Shown piece by piece: positions 43,403 to 57,651 of a stretch of DNA of 64,000 bases. The position numbers and the translations under genes are program-made. Within the stretch, counting starts at the first letter, position 1. Each line of letters opens with the position of its first letter. This DNA comes from Eledone cirrhosa (Eukaryota), in NCBI GenBank assembly GCA_964016885.1, contig OZ024761.1, forward strand, positions 13,330,001-13,394,000, given 5' to 3'. Below the pieces are notes generated by a model. It worked only from the letters and a program-made list of their open reading frames with translations. It was not told where the DNA came from and did not search any database.

Positions 43403-43828
43403 TGATTAAACGTGTGTGGGGCTCATGCCCATTTGATTTCTTACGTATATTTCATTTTAATCAAAGGGTTCCCCGGGGCACAAAACCCCCGCTGAAAATA
43501 TTTTCCTTTCGATTTATATGAAATTTAAACCATAGGTAAATGACAAGATATGATGCCTATTCACAAAATTTCAGCAAATTTCAATAATATTAAGACACCC
43601 TAATGGGGGTTCTATTTGTTTCCTTATAACAACACTCAACTCCTCTGACAAACATTTTTTCACCTGACCAATGCAATCAACAATATTTGTTTGTATTATT
43701 GTTTCGCAAATGAATGTCTTCGCTTTTGATTATCTGTCCTATATTTTGATTTAAATTTTGGTCTGAGAGGCATTGGGCATTTTAATGGGAACTGGGAATA
43801 CCCAGGTATGACCGGGTACCTCAGCTAG
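43403..43828 (+). mobile_element. Non-autonomous Helitron-like fragment (3' end)
   Basis: tacccaggtatgaccgggta hairpin followed by cctcagCTAG|T. Confidence 0.55.
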
Positions 43829-43830
43829 TA

Positions 43831-43872
<42 letters not shown>

Positions 43873-43876
<4 letters not shown>

Positions 43877-44153
43877 AAAGTTCTATTTAAAATTGTTGGG
43901 ATACAACAAGTAAATATTTTATAACTGATATAAAGCACTCGACAAGTTTTTGGAGTAGATACACGATATTAAATAAATGGAAACTATATTTATAAAACCA
44001 TATTTATTTCATTATACATATTTCAGGGATACCAAATTAAAATATGGTATGCAAATTAAAATATGGCATACCATATTTTAATTTGGTATCCCTGAAATAT
44101 GTATAATGAAATAAATATGGTTTTATAAATATAGTTTCCATTTATTTAATATC

Positions 44154-44155
<2 letters not shown>
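43873..44155 (-). mobile_element. Palindrome+tail mini-element, E group (truncated inside HHR stem II)
   Basis: Arms ~43963-44155. The tail is homologous to the rc of 56280-56372. Confidence 0.8.
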
Positions 44156-44193
<38 letters not shown>

Positions 44194-44248
44194 TCAATAC
44201 CCAGTACTCATTTCTCTCAGTTGTCAACCACATACGGATATATGTATA

Positions 44249-44635
44249 TTAGGGTGGCCCTTAACAATAGGTAATTTTCCCAAAGTTAAAATTTTGCTGC
44301 TCCCACATTGGAAAATAGGTGTTTGCCCTATAGCTGCTCTCTGCCCCCAGCTTCGCAAGTTGCCTTCCCATTTTATTTATTGTTACTTATCTTCCAAGAA
44401 TAAGTCTGAACAAATTTTTAATTTAAGAGAAAATTATATAAGAGATTAAATATTTTTATCTGAAAAAAAAAATGACTTTCCGGCCGAAAACTTCAAACTT
44501 TCACGGTCGATGAGAGACGCCTTGCAGTTGTCTGTTTGAGCTAAAATTTTGCAGAGATTGTTTTTTTGTTAATTGAAACAATATCGGGGGTGGGAACTAT
44601 ACCTTTAGAAAGTTGAAAAATAAGGGCCACCCTAA
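44249..44635. mobile_element. MITE with 15-bp TIRs and TA flanks
   Basis: ttagggtggccctta / taagggccaccctaa. Confidence 0.75.
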
Positions 44636-44642
44636 TATATAT

Positions 44643-45010
44643 ATTAGGATTGGTGCTCTGAAATAGCGATGTATTCATGAATGTATGTATAGTATATTTG
44701 GCAATATACCGTATGTTTAATTAAAAACATTTTGAAGACCATACGCTATCAGTTTTAAAGTAGCGACTATGTCACTTACTTCTTTTCGGCAAAAGAAAAG
44801 AAGGGAGAGAAGCTAACAGTCTGTTTCACGCTAGTTGGCGATCATCACAGCCACGCACTCCCTGTTTTCGCCGAAAATTATAGGAGCTAATTATACAGAG
44901 CGATTGCCGGTCCAGCAAAAATTAGGTATTAGGATTGGTGTTCTGAAATAGCGATGTATACATGAATGTATGTATAGTTGGCAATATACCGTATGCTTAA
45001 TTAAAAACAT
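44643..45010 (+). mobile_element. Duplicated mariner-like left end (~85-bp direct repeats)
   Basis: attaggattggtg.tctgaaatagcgatg...aattaaaaacat at 44643 and 44928. Confidence 0.45.
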
Positions 45011-45149
45011 ATATAAATGCACATATATTAAATCAAGAGTCTCCGGCCAACGCCTAGCCCACTCAATAAATCTACTATATTGCAGTAATGCAACTGGAAC
45101 CAGCAGTTCAGAGTGTACACAGTTTAGTTAATAGCAAGTACGGTGTCTA

Positions 45150-45268
45150 TAGTAATAATAATAAATGTGAAGACTAAAATCCGAAGAAGGCTCGATAAGG
45201 GTAATATATATAAAACCATAGATCAAATATTTATTAAGGTGAAAACAGCGATTCTAAACTTTAATCTG

Positions 45269-45272
<4 letters not shown>
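45150..45272 (+). mobile_element. Family L copy
   Basis: Homology to the rc of 56431-56540. Confidence 0.7.
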
Positions 45273-45318
<46 letters not shown>

Positions 45319-45351
45319 TATACCTATATATACACTATATATAATTATAAA

Positions 45352-46069
45352 CAGGAAAGGTCAGTAATTCATTACCACCTTATTACCAGTAAGAAAAATA
45401 GCTCAATGTAAATACATCAGATGTTTTACAGAGCCGGAATATAAATTACAGAATAATCAAAACTATGTTCAAAACATTTTATTCCTGATAATCGTTTCTT
45501 CCTAACTTTCGTTTGGAATCATCGGGGCACTAGCAAAGTTTAGACATATAATTAACTTCCTATTCCACAGAACAATCGTAAAGATACGTAGATGTGAGTG
45601 TTGTCATTAACAGTGTAATATTTAAAGAGTGAAGATGATGAGGTCAGTATCAGTGGATTGCGACAAAGATTATAAAAGAATAATACAACAATTATAGAGG
45701 AATTAAAGAAGAAAGTTACTCGCAAAACGAGGACATTAGCGGTACATAGGCAAGCGTATAGAAAGAGTGCAGATGTGTTAGGCATGTACAGAATAACCAG
45801 GTAAGAATCAAGCAATGGTACTAAGCATATATATCACAGTATGGCAAATGTATCACATAATACAATACAGGTATAAAAGCATATTAAGCAGACAGAGATG
45901 CGTGGGTATGAAAAGCAGTTTCTATGAAGTTTATGAAGGTTAATTATATGGAATAGGAAGTTAATTATATGTCTAAACTTTGCTAGTGCTCTGATGATTC
46001 CAAACGAAAGTTTCGTAGAAACGATTGTCAGCAATAAATTGTTTTGAACATAGTTTTGATTATTCTGTA

Positions 46070-46075
<6 letters not shown>
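45352..46075. mobile_element. Family G element: ~130-bp inverted arms, ~380-bp spacer, tail and intact HHR
   Basis: Arms ~45440-45567 and 45948-46075. HHR (+): tgct CTGATGA(45991) ..acgaa-agt-ttcgt.. GAAA cgattg TC agca. Confidence 0.85.
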
Positions 46076-46149
<74 letters not shown>

Positions 46150-46152
<3 letters not shown>

Positions 46153-46396
46153 GGCCCTTGGTTGAGTGGTTAGAGAATTAGATTCGCAATCGTGAAATTG
46201 TTATTTCAATTCCCGGACCGGATGATACCTTGAGCAAGATACTTTATTTCACGATGCTTCTTCTGCCTAGATTTGCGACCAGTAAATAATATTAGTAACT
46301 GGAAAGACTAATGGAAACATTGTTTCCTCGGTCCGATTTGATGAGCTCCACTCCACTTGTTAAACGAATGAGGTCCGGAATCTTGTCGACCGACTG

Positions 46397-46398
<2 letters not shown>
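46150..46398 (+). mobile_element. SINE family 1
   Basis: Homologous to 27868-28090. Confidence 0.8.
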
Positions 46399-46448
<50 letters not shown>

Positions 46449-46524
46449 TAGCACAATACTTGTAAAAACAACGGTGTTTATAATAAATACATTTGATTTA
46501 ATTGTTCCTTGATTAAAACATTTT

Positions 46525-46686
46525 CTTGGTACTTTATTTTATAAACATCCCCCACCACCACCTTCATAAGGATGAAAGGCAAAAACTAATCTAGGCGTGA
46601 TTTGAACCCATAACGTAAAGGGCCATAACTCTACGCAACTCTAGCATGATGAACGAAACTCTACCGATTTTACCGCCAATCCACCA
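46525..46686 (-). mobile_element. SINE family 2, diverged
   Basis: ggtactttattttat..aaggatgaaaggcaaa..ctctaccgat..gccaatcc. Confidence 0.65.
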
Positions 46687-46943
46687 ATGGAAGCGTGTGA
46701 ATTCTATTGTAATTAAAATCAACTGTTGCTTAGCAACAGTGAATTCTATTGTAGGGGGTTTTTTTTCAAGTTAGTGGAGAAGATGGCTGCCGAGAAAGAT
46801 GTTGCTTAGCAGCTGTGAATTCTATTGTAGGGTTCTTAGAATTAGGGGTGGGAGTTCTTCTAGTCAGAGAACTTAAGTATTGTCGACTGGATTGGATTTT
46901 TTTTTGCTTCAAGACGAGGCATTTTTATTAAAACGAGTATTGA

Positions 46944-47762
46944 GGTGTGTTGGTGTTGGTGTGTGTTGGTATGTGTGTGTTGGTGTGTTGGTGTGTGTTG
47001 GTGTTGGTGTGTTGGTGTGTTGGTGTGTTGGTGTGTGTTGGTGTGTTGGTGTGTGTTGGTGTGTGTGTGTTGGTGTGTTGGTGTGTGTTGGTGTTGGTGT
47101 GTGTTGGTGTGTGTGTGTTGGTGTGTTGGTGTGTTGGTGTGTTGGTGTGTGTTGGTGTGTTGGTGTGTGTTGGTGTGTGTGTGTTGGTGTGTTGGTGTGT
47201 GTTGGTGTTGCTGTGTGTTGGTGTGTGTTGGTGTGTTGGTGTGTGTTGGTGTTGCTGTGTGTTGGTGTGTGTTGGTGTGTTGGTGTGTGTTGGTGTTGGT
47301 GTGTGTTGGTGTGTGTGTGTTTGTGTTGGTGTGTTGGTGTGTGTTGGTGTTGGTGTGTGTTGGTATGTGTGTGTTGGTGTGTGTGTTGGTGTGTTGGTGT
47401 TGCTGTGTGTTGGTGTGTTGGTGTGTGTTGGTGTTGCTGTGTGTTGGTGTGTGTTGGTGTGTTGGTGTGTGTTGGTGTTGGTGTGTGTTGGTATGTGTGT
47501 GTTTGTGTTGGTGTGTTGCTGTGTTGGTGTGTGTTGGTGTTGGTGTGTGTTGGTGTGTTGGTGTGTGTTGGTGTTGGTGTGTGTTGGTGTGTTGCTGTGT
47601 GTGTTGTGTTGGTGTGTGTTGGTATGTGTGTGTTGATGTGTTGGTATGTGTGTTGGTATTGGTGTGTTGGTGTGTGTGTGTTGGTATGTATGTGTTGGTG
47701 TGTGTGTGTTGGTGTGTTGGTGTGTGTGTGTTGGTATGTGTGTGTGTGTGTGTTGGTGTGTG
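46944..47762. repeat. (gttggtgt)n-type degenerate satellite
   Basis: Direct. Confidence 0.95.
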
Positions 47763-47856
47763 CATGTAGATGCAACAATGAGAAAGAAAGAGAGATAGGG
47801 AGAACAATTATATCTATATCTCTCTCTCTATATATATATATAGATATAGATATATA

Positions 47857-47926
47857 TAATGAAGGAGTTCAGAAATAGCCGTCGAAACGGCTTGAGCTCT
47901 GCCGTCGGGGTCAAACATTTCCCTAT
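47857..47926 (+). mobile_element. Family D arm
   Basis: tgaaggagttcagaaatagccgtcgaaacggcttgagctctgccgtcggggtc..ccctata. Confidence 0.75.
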
Positions 47927-48065
47927 ATCTATATCTATATATCTATATATCTATCTATAGATATGTATATATATATAGGAGTGTGAGAGGCTAATGGTGT
48001 GTATAGACCACAGACACTTTAGAGTCGATGACAACAGAGCCTGGGGGAATAATTATTAATTGTCC

Positions 48066-48279
48066 TACTACTACTACTACTGTTACTGCTACTGCTAGTG
48101 CTGCTGCAACTACTACTACTACTGCTACCACCACCATCACCACCACTACTACTACTACTACCACCACCACAGCCACCACCACCACCACCATCACCACCAC
48201 TACTACCACTACTACCACTACTACCACCACCACAGCGACCACCACCACAACCACCACCACCACCACCACCACCACTACC

Positions 48280-48310
<31 letters not shown>

Positions 48311-51255
48311 CCACCACCACCACCACCACTACCACCACTACTACCGACACCACAGCCACCACCACCGCCACCACCACCACCACAACCGCCACCACCACCA
48401 CCACCACAACCATCACCACCACCACCACCACCACCACCACCACCACAACCACCACCACCACCACAACCATCACCACCACCACCACCACAACCATCACCAC
48501 CACCACCACCACCACCACCACCACCACAACCACCACCACCACCACCACCACCACAACCACCACCACAGCCACCACCACCACCACCACCACCACCACCACC
48601 ACTACCACCACCACCACCACCACCACAGCCACCACCACCACCACCACCACCACCACCACCACCACCACCACCACCACCACCACCACCACCACCACTACCA
48701 CCACCACCACAGCCACCACCACCACCACCACCACCACCACCACTACCACCACCACCGCCACCACCACCACTACCACCACCACCACCACCACTACCACCAC
48801 CACCACCGCCACCACCACCACCACCACCGCCACCGCCACCACAACCACAACCACCACCACCACAACCACCACCACCACCACAACCACCACCACAACCACC
48901 ACCACCACCACAACCACCACCACAACCACCACCACCACCACCACCACCACAACCACCACCACCACCACCACCACCATAGCCACCACCACCACCACCACCA
49001 CCACAGCCACCACCACCACCACCACCACCACCACCACCACCACCACCACTACCACCACCATCGCCACCACAGCCACCACCACCACCACCACCACCACCAC
49101 CACTACCACCACCACCACCACCACCACCACCACCACTACCACCACCACCACCACAGCCACCACCACCACCACCACCACCACCACCACCACAGCCACCACC
49201 ACCGCTACCACCACCACCACCACCACTAACACCACCACCACCACCACCACCACAGCAACCACCACCACCACCACCACCACCACCACCACCACCACCACCA
49301 CCACCACTACCACCACCACCACCACTAACACCACCACCACCACCAACACCACCACCACCACCACCACCACTACCACCACCACCACCACAACCACTACTAC
49401 CACCACCACCACCACCACCACCACCGCCACCACCACCACCACAACCACCACCACCACCACCACCACCACCACCACAGCCACCACCACCACTACCACCACC
49501 ACCACCACCACCACTAACACCACCACCACCACCACCACCACAGCAGCCACCACCACCACCACCACCACCACCACTACCACCACCACCACCACTAACACCA
49601 CCACCACCACTACCACCACCACCACCACTAACACCACCACCACCACCAACACCACCACCACCACCACCACCACCACTACCACCACCACCACCACCACCAC
49701 CACCGCCACCACCACCACCACAACCACCACCACCACCACCACAACCACCACCACCACCACAGCCACCACCACCACCACCACCACTACCACCACTACCACC
49801 ACCACCACCACCACCACAGCCACCACCACCACTACCACCACCACCACCACCACCACTACCACCACCACCACCACTAACACCACCACCACAACCAACACCA
49901 CCACCACCACCACCACCACCACTACCACCACCACCACCACCACAACCACTACCACCACCACCACCACCACCACCACCGCCACCGCCACAACCACCACCAC
50001 CACCACCACAACCACCACCACCACCACAGCCACCACCACCACCACCACCACCACCACTACCACCACTACCACCACCACCACCACCACAGCCACCGCCACC
50101 ACTACCACCACCACCACCACCACCACTACCACTACCACCACCACCACCACCACCACCACCGCCACCACCACCACCACAACGACCACCACCACCACCACCA
50201 CAACCACCACCACCACCACAGCCACCACCACCACCACCACCACCACCACTACCACCACCACCACCACCACCACCACCACCACTACCACCACTACCACCAC
50301 CACAACCACCACCACCACCACCACAACCACCACCACCACAGCCACCACCACCACCACCACCACCACTACCACCACTACCACCACCACAGCCACCACCACC
50401 ACAACCACCACCACCACCACAGCCACCACCACCACCACCACCACCACCACCACTACCACCACTACCACCACCACCACCACAGCCACCACCACCACTACCA
50501 CCACCACCACCACCACCACCACCACAGCCACCACCACCACCACCACTACCACCACTACCACTACCACCACCACCACCACCACCACCACAGCCACCACCAC
50601 TACCACCACCACCACCACCACCACAACCACTACCACCACCACCACAACCACCACCACCACCACAGCCACCACCACCACCACCACCACCACTACCACCACT
50701 ACCACCACCACCACCACCACCACCACCACAGCCACCACCACCACCACCACCACCACCACCACTACCACCACCACCACCACCACCACCACCACCACCACCA
50801 CCACCACAGCCACCACTAGCACCACCACCACCACCACCACCACTACCACCACCACCACCACCACCACCACCACTACCACCACCACCACCACCACTACCAC
50901 CACTACCACCACCACCACCACCACCACCACCACCACCACCACAGCCACCACCACCACCGCCACCACCACCACCACCACCACCACCACCACCACCACCACC
51001 ACCAGCACAGCCACCACCACCACCACCACCACCACCACCACACCCACCACCACCACCGCCACCACCACCACCGCCACCACCACCACCACCACCACCACCG
51101 CCACCACCACCACCACCACCACCACAGCCACCACCACCACCACCACCACCACCACCACCACCACAGCCACCACCACCACCACCACCACCACCACCACCAC
51201 CACCACCACCACCACAGCCACCACCACCACCACCACCACCACCACCACCACCAAC
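48066..51255. repeat. (ACC)n trinucleotide array, ~3.2 kb
   Basis: Direct. It gives poly-T/P/G/V readings. Confidence 0.97.
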
Positions 51256-53891
51256 ACAGCCACCCACCATATTATTATAGACCTACCAAACCCCACAACC
51301 ATGTATCAGAGCTCACCATATTATTATAGACCTACCAAACCCCACAACCATGCATCAGAGCCACCCACCATATTATTATAGACCTACCAAACCCCACAAC
51401 CATGTATCAGAACCCACCATATTATTATAGACCTACCAAACCCCACAACCATGTATCAGAGCCCACCATATTATTATAGACCTACCAAACCCCACAACCA
51501 TGTATCAGAGCCACCCACCATGTTATTATAGACCTACCACACCCCACAACCATGTATCAGAGCTGCCCACCATATTATTATAGACCTACCAAACCCCACA
51601 ACCATGTATCAGAGCCCACCATATTATTATAGACCTACCAAACCCCACAACCATGTATCAGAGCCACCCACCATGTTATTATAGACCTACCACACCCCAC
51701 AACCATGCATCAGAGCCACCCACCATATTATTATAGACCTACCAAACCCCACAACCATGTATCAGAGCCACCCACCATATTATTATAGACCTACCAAACC
51801 CCACAACCATGTATCAGAGCCACCTACCATGTTATTATAGACCTACCAAACCCCACAACCATGTAGCAGAGCCACCCACCATATTATTATAGACCTACCA
51901 AACCCCACAACCATGCATCAGAGCCACCCACCATGTTATTATAGACCTACCAAACCCCACAACCATGTATCAGAGCCACCCACCATGTTATTATAGACCT
52001 ACCAAACCCCACAACCATGCATCAGAGCCACCCACCATATTATTATAGATCTACCAAACCCCACAACCATGTATCAGAGCCACCATATTATTATAGACCT
52101 ACCAAACCCCACAACCATGTATCAGAGCCACCCACCATATTATTATAGACCTACCAAACCCCACAACCATGTATCAGAGCCACCCACCATATTATTATAG
52201 ACCTACCAAACCCCACAACCATGCATCAGAGCCACCCACCATGTTATTATAGACCTACCAAACCCCACAACCATGCATCAGAGCCACCCACCATATTATT
52301 ATAGACCTACCAAACCCCACAACCATGTATCAGAGCCCACCATATTATTATAGACCTACCAAACCCCACAACCATGTATCAGAGCCACCCACCATGTTAT
52401 TATAGACCTACCACACCCCACAACCATGTATCAGAGCCACCCACCATATTATTATAGACCTACCAAACCCCACAACCATGTATCAGAGCCCACCATATTA
52501 TTATAGACCTACCAAACCCCACAACCATGTATCAGAGCTCACCATATTATTATAGACCTACCAAACCCCACAACCATGTACCAGAGCCCACCATATTATT
52601 ATAGACCTACCAAACCCCACAACCATGTATCAGAGCCACCCACCATATTATTATAGACCTACCAAACCCCACAACCATGTATCAGAGCCACCCACCATGT
52701 TATTATAGACCTACCAAACCCCACAACCATGTATCAGAGCCACCCACCATGTTATTATAGACCTACCAAACCCCACAACCATGTATCAGAGCCCACCATA
52801 TTATTATAGACCTACCAAACCCCACAACCATGTATCAGAGCCACCCACCATGTTATTATAGACCTACCAAACCCCACAACCATGTATCAGAGCCCACCAT
52901 ATTATTATAGACCTACCAAACCCCACAACCATGTATCAGAGCCACCCACCATGTTATTATAGACCTACCAAACCCCACAACCATGCATCAGAGCCACCCA
53001 CCATATTATTATAGACCTACCAAACCCCACAACCATGTATCAGAGCCCACCATATTATTATAGACCTACCAAACCCCACAGCCATGTATCAGAGCCACCC
53101 ACCATGTTATTATAGACCTACCAAACCCCACAACCATGCATCAGAGCCACCCACCATATTATTATAGACCTACCAAACCCCACAACCATGTATCAGAGCC
53201 ACCCACCATGTTATTATAGACCTACCAAACCCCACAACCATGTATCAGAGCCCACCATATTATTATAGACCTACCAAACCCCACAACCATGTATCAGAGC
53301 CACCCACCATGTTATTATAGACCTACCAAACCCCACAACCATGTATCAGAGCCCACCATATTATTATAGACCTACCAAACCCCACAACCATGTATCAGAG
53401 CCACCCACCATATTATTATAGACCTACCAAACCCCACAACCATGTATCAGAGCCGCCCACCATATTATTATAGACCTACCAAACCCCACAACCATGTATC
53501 AGAGCCACCCACCATATTATTATAGACCTACCAAACCCCACAACCATGTATCAGAGCCACCCACCATATTATTATAGACCTACCAAACCCCACAACCATG
53601 TATCAGAGCCACCCACCATATTATTATAGACCTACCAAACCCCACAACCATGTATCAGAGCTACCCACCATATTATTATAGACCTACCAAACCCCACAAC
53701 CATGTATCAGAGCCACCCACCATATTATTATAGACCTACCAAACCCCACAACCATGTATCAGAGCCACCCACCATATTATTATAGACCTACCAAACCCCA
53801 CAACCATGTATCAGAGCCACCCACCATATTATTATAGACCTACCAAACCCCACAACCATGTATCAGAGCCACCCACCATATTATTATAGAC
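51256..53891. repeat. 52/48-bp minisatellite (ccacccaccatattattatagacctaccaaaccccacaaccatgtatcagag)
   Basis: About 51 tandem units in two length classes. Confidence 0.97.
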
Positions 53892-54082
53892 GAGCGCCAT
53901 TATAGCCTGAACACAGCCAACCTTCGTAAGGGCCTCTGGATACTCCAATTGGTAAAACAATTAAAACAACACAGAGAGGAAAGAATGATTCTAGCTAAAA
54001 TAAATAGTGCCATGATAAAACATTATAGGAGCCTCTTGGTGGTAGCTTGATTTACTAGAAACAACAGCCCAACCTCTCTTAA

Positions 54083-54273
54083 CCCTTTCGCATTTAAACT
54101 GGCCATATCTCCGGCCAGAATCCTCTCACATAATATCGTATCTATGAGATTTTGATGTTATTTATTTTGAGAACAATACCTTAATGTCAGTATGAGTGGC
54201 CAGTTACAGCTGGTTTGAAGAGAAAGAGGTGAGAGAATTCTGGCCGGATATGGCCGGTTTAAATGCTAAAGGG
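54083..54273. mobile_element. piggyBac-type MITE
   Basis: TTAA TSDs (54079-82 and 54274-77). TIRs ccctttcgcatttaaac.ggccatatc..cggccagaat / attctggccggatatggccggtttaaatgctaaaggg. Confidence 0.85.
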
Positions 54274-54349
54274 TTAAAATATCTGTGATGTTACGGTCAC
54301 TTTAACTAGTAGCTTAAAACGTATAAGATTCGCAATGCTCCCAAAATCT

Positions 54350-54500
54350 TCAACACCTCTGCCACGTAGACTTTGCAGATGACGTCATCCTCCTAGCCAG
54401 GAATTGGAGGAGATGCTTCTTAATGCCATCCACACTGTGAACCAGTCAGTAGGCCTAACATCCATCTTGGGGAAAGTCAAGGTGATATTGAACAACCACA
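54350..54500 (+). mobile_element. Degenerate RTE-clade RT fragment
   Basis: HVDFADDVILLA..EML...VGL..GKVKVILN, with frameshifts. Confidence 0.65.
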
Positions 54501-54670
54501 CTAAACCATCACCAGACAGCACCTGGGGGACAGGTGATTCTAGGGCATGAGAGTGAGATCCATCATCTCGACAGTAGTCGACGAGTGGTGGTGGTTGATA
54601 GATAGACCACCAAGAAGTACCTCAGGTGTCAAAGCTCTAAAACCTCTACGAGGGAAGCCTTTGAAACCTT

Positions 54671-54848
54671 AGTAACCTCAGTCAGTAAGGTACTCAGTAC
54701 ATTAGTAGAGTGTAAACATCATATTTAATATAGAAATGGCTTCTACAGGACTAGAACTGTTTCATTTGAAAGAAATCATAAGGGATTTCCTGAGGATTTC
54801 CTTCGAATGAAACAGTTCTAGTCCTGTAGAAGACATTGCTATATAAAA
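54671..54848 (-). mobile_element. Family A palindrome+tail copy
   Basis: The right arm carries ttc CTGAGGA(54790) tttccttcgaat GAAA cag-ttctagtc-ctg TA gaa. Confidence 0.8.
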
Positions 54849-54854
54849 TTGTGT

Positions 54855-54888
<34 letters not shown>

Positions 54889-54969
54889 TGTGTGTGTTTG
54901 TGTGTGTGTGTGTGTTTGTGTGTATGTGTGTGTTTGTGTGTTTGTGTGTGCGTGTATGTGTGTGTGTGT

Positions 54970-55006
<37 letters not shown>

Positions 55007-55239
55007 TGTGTGTGTGTTTGTGTGTGTGTTTGTGTGCACACATGCTCACACATACAGGGACATATACACATATATACACGCAAACACAGACACATGCACG
55101 CACAGAGCCACATAAAAACACATGTATGCAACACACACACACACACACACACAAACATATACACACTTAATGTAACACATCCTCCCACACACAGAGGCAC
55201 ATACAGATACATCACTACACACATACCACCTTACATATG

Positions 55240-55278
<39 letters not shown>

Positions 55279-55913
55279 CAGCCCACACATGTACACATAC
55301 ACACACATCAGCCCACACATGTACACACACACATCAGCCCACACATGTACACACACACACAATCAGCCCACACATGTACACACACACACATACACATCAG
55401 CCCACACATGTACACACACACATGTCAGCTCACACACACATCAGCTCTCACACATACGCGCACACATATCAGCTCACACACACACACACACATATCAGCT
55501 CTCTCTCTCTCACACACACACACATATCAGCTCACGCACACACACATCAGCTCACTCTCACACACACACATCAGCTCACACACACATCAGCTCTCTCACA
55601 CACACACATCAGCTCACACATGTACACACACACATCACTATGGAAACAAGAACATTATATGCAGCAATGGAACCAAGCTTTAATTACAAGCTGACCCTTG
55701 TCATTGACCTTTTTAGCGTCCCCCCCTCACCACTCTCTCTCTTTTCCCCATCTCTCGCTCCTTTTCTCCCTCTTATTCTCTCTCTCACTTGTTCTCTCTC
55801 ATCTCTCACCCTCTCTGTATATCTCTCTCTCCTTTTTTAATCTCTCTCTCTGTCTCTCATTCTCCCTCCCTCTCTCATATATTTGATCACATCAATGTCT
55901 ATATTTATTTATT

Positions 55914-55967
<54 letters not shown>

Positions 55968-55968
55968 T

Positions 55969-56040
<72 letters not shown>

Positions 56041-56050
56041 TATATATGTA

Positions 56051-56104
<54 letters not shown>

Positions 56105-56149
56105 CAGTCCAGCGAACTTTCAACCGTCAAGGTTGTTTTTCCACGGTTA

Positions 56150-56369
56150 TGTCAATATTTATAAAACAAATCTTATATTTTATCTGATGAAAGCGCACCA
56201 ATGATGCCTTGGATGCCTTTGAAATATGTATAATAAAATAATTATGGTTTTATCAATATAGTTTCCATTTATTAATATATTGAATATTTACTCCAGTACT
56301 TGTTGAGTGCTTTATATCAGTTATAAACTTTTAAGCTTGTTGGAATCCCAACAAATTAAATATAACCTC

Positions 56370-56372
<3 letters not shown>
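56150..56372 (+). mobile_element. E-group HHR element with tail
   Basis: tattttat CTGATGA(56184) aag..cttt GAAA(56221) ta-tg-ta TA ataaaata, with an 8-bp stem I. Stem-loop at 56290-56308. Confidence 0.85.
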
Positions 56373-56430
<58 letters not shown>

Positions 56431-56433
<3 letters not shown>

Positions 56434-56537
56434 TTTATTAAAATAACAGATTAAAGTTTAAGCAAAGAATCGCTGCTTTCACCCTTAACGGGATCTTCTG
56501 AAACTCTTTGGATTTTAGTCTTCAAATATATTATTAT

Positions 56538-56540
<3 letters not shown>
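56431..56540 (-). mobile_element. Family L element with a near-intact HHR
   Basis: rc: agagttt CAGAAGA t-ccc-gttaa-ggg-t GAAA gca..tgc TT aaacttt, with one core substitution. Confidence 0.8.
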
Positions 56541-56589
<49 letters not shown>

Positions 56590-56596
<7 letters not shown>

Positions 56597-56888
56597 TACA
56601 AATATTAATAAAATAGATGTTCTTTTGATCAATTACATTTTATTATACATATTTCGGAGGTACAACAGTACGTCCTCATCAGACAAAATATAATGATACA
56701 TGACAAACCCTGAGATGTTAATTAAGATTTAATCAAGGACTACCTTGATTAAATCTTAACCATTTAACATCTCAGGGTTTGTCATGTATCATTATATTTT
56801 GTCTGATGAGGACGTACTGTTGTACCTCCGAAATATTTATAATAAAATGTAATTGATCAAAAGAACATCTATTTTATTAATATTTGTA

Positions 56889-56895
<7 letters not shown>
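56590..56895. mobile_element. Tail-less ~305-bp palindrome with an HHR on each strand (E group)
   Basis: attatattttgt CTGATGA(56803) gga-c-gtac-tgtt-gtac-c-tcc GAAA ta-tt-ta TA ataaaatgtaat, with a 12-bp stem I including GU pairs. Confidence 0.9.
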
Positions 56896-56943
<48 letters not shown>

Positions 56944-56945
<2 letters not shown>

Positions 56946-57128
56946 CAAATTTGATATAGAAATGGCTTCTACAGGACTAGAATTGTTTCATTTCCTGATA
57001 ATTTCCTTCGAATGAAACAGTTCTAGTCCTGTAGAAGCCATTTCTATATTAAATTTGTTGTTTACACTCTACTAATGTATTGAGTACCTTACTTATTGTG
57101 GTTACCCCCGATTGAACCCGGGACTCAC
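56944..57128 (+). mobile_element. Family A palindrome+tail copy
   Basis: The core reads CTGATAA. Stem-loop at 57066-57085. Confidence 0.8.
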
Positions 57129-57159
57129 ACATATACACACACACATATATGTATATATA

Positions 57160-57560
57160 TATAATATGGAAAACCAAGAACCAGTGATGCATCGAAACAA
57201 TTTATTAACGTATTACAAGTGTTTCTCCGGTGAACAGCTCGAGGTGCGATCTATTTGTGGATCGAACCTGACTCTGGATTCGCAAGTTCCTCAGATACGT
57301 CTAGCGACTTCGAAGCAAATCCTCTGTCTGTTTGCTTCGAAATCATTAGGCATATCTGAGGAACTTGCGAATCCAGAGTCAGGTTTGATCCACAAACAGA
57401 TCGCACCTCGAGCTGTTCACCGGAGAAACACTTGTAATACGTTAATAAATTGTTTCGATGCATCACTGGTTCTTCGTTTTCCATATTATTATACTCTGCT
57501 CTGAAGTAGCATAGAGTGCTCAACCGGCATACCGCCTATGGAAGCATCCAAGCAACCTTA

Positions 57561-57563
<3 letters not shown>
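57160..57563 (+). mobile_element. Palindrome+tail HHR element, family F (long stem II insertion)
   Basis: Arms ~57160-57490. CTGAGGA(57356), ~62 nt, GAAA(57425) ca-ct-tg TA atacg. Stem-loop at 57493-57517. Confidence 0.8.

Positions 57564-57647
<84 letters not shown>

Positions 57648-57651
<4 letters not shown>

Noticed and set aside
51256-53891. 52/48-bp array as a CRISPR array or coding repeat
   Set aside because: There are no unique spacers and no cas genes, and the context is eukaryotic. The 52-bp unit breaks frame and contains stops.
56590-56895. Integrated viroid-like or obelisk genome
   Set aside because: The ambisense ribozymes are exact reverse complements created by inverted duplication, not two distinct ribozymes. 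The arms are homologous to tail-bearing PLE-type ends.
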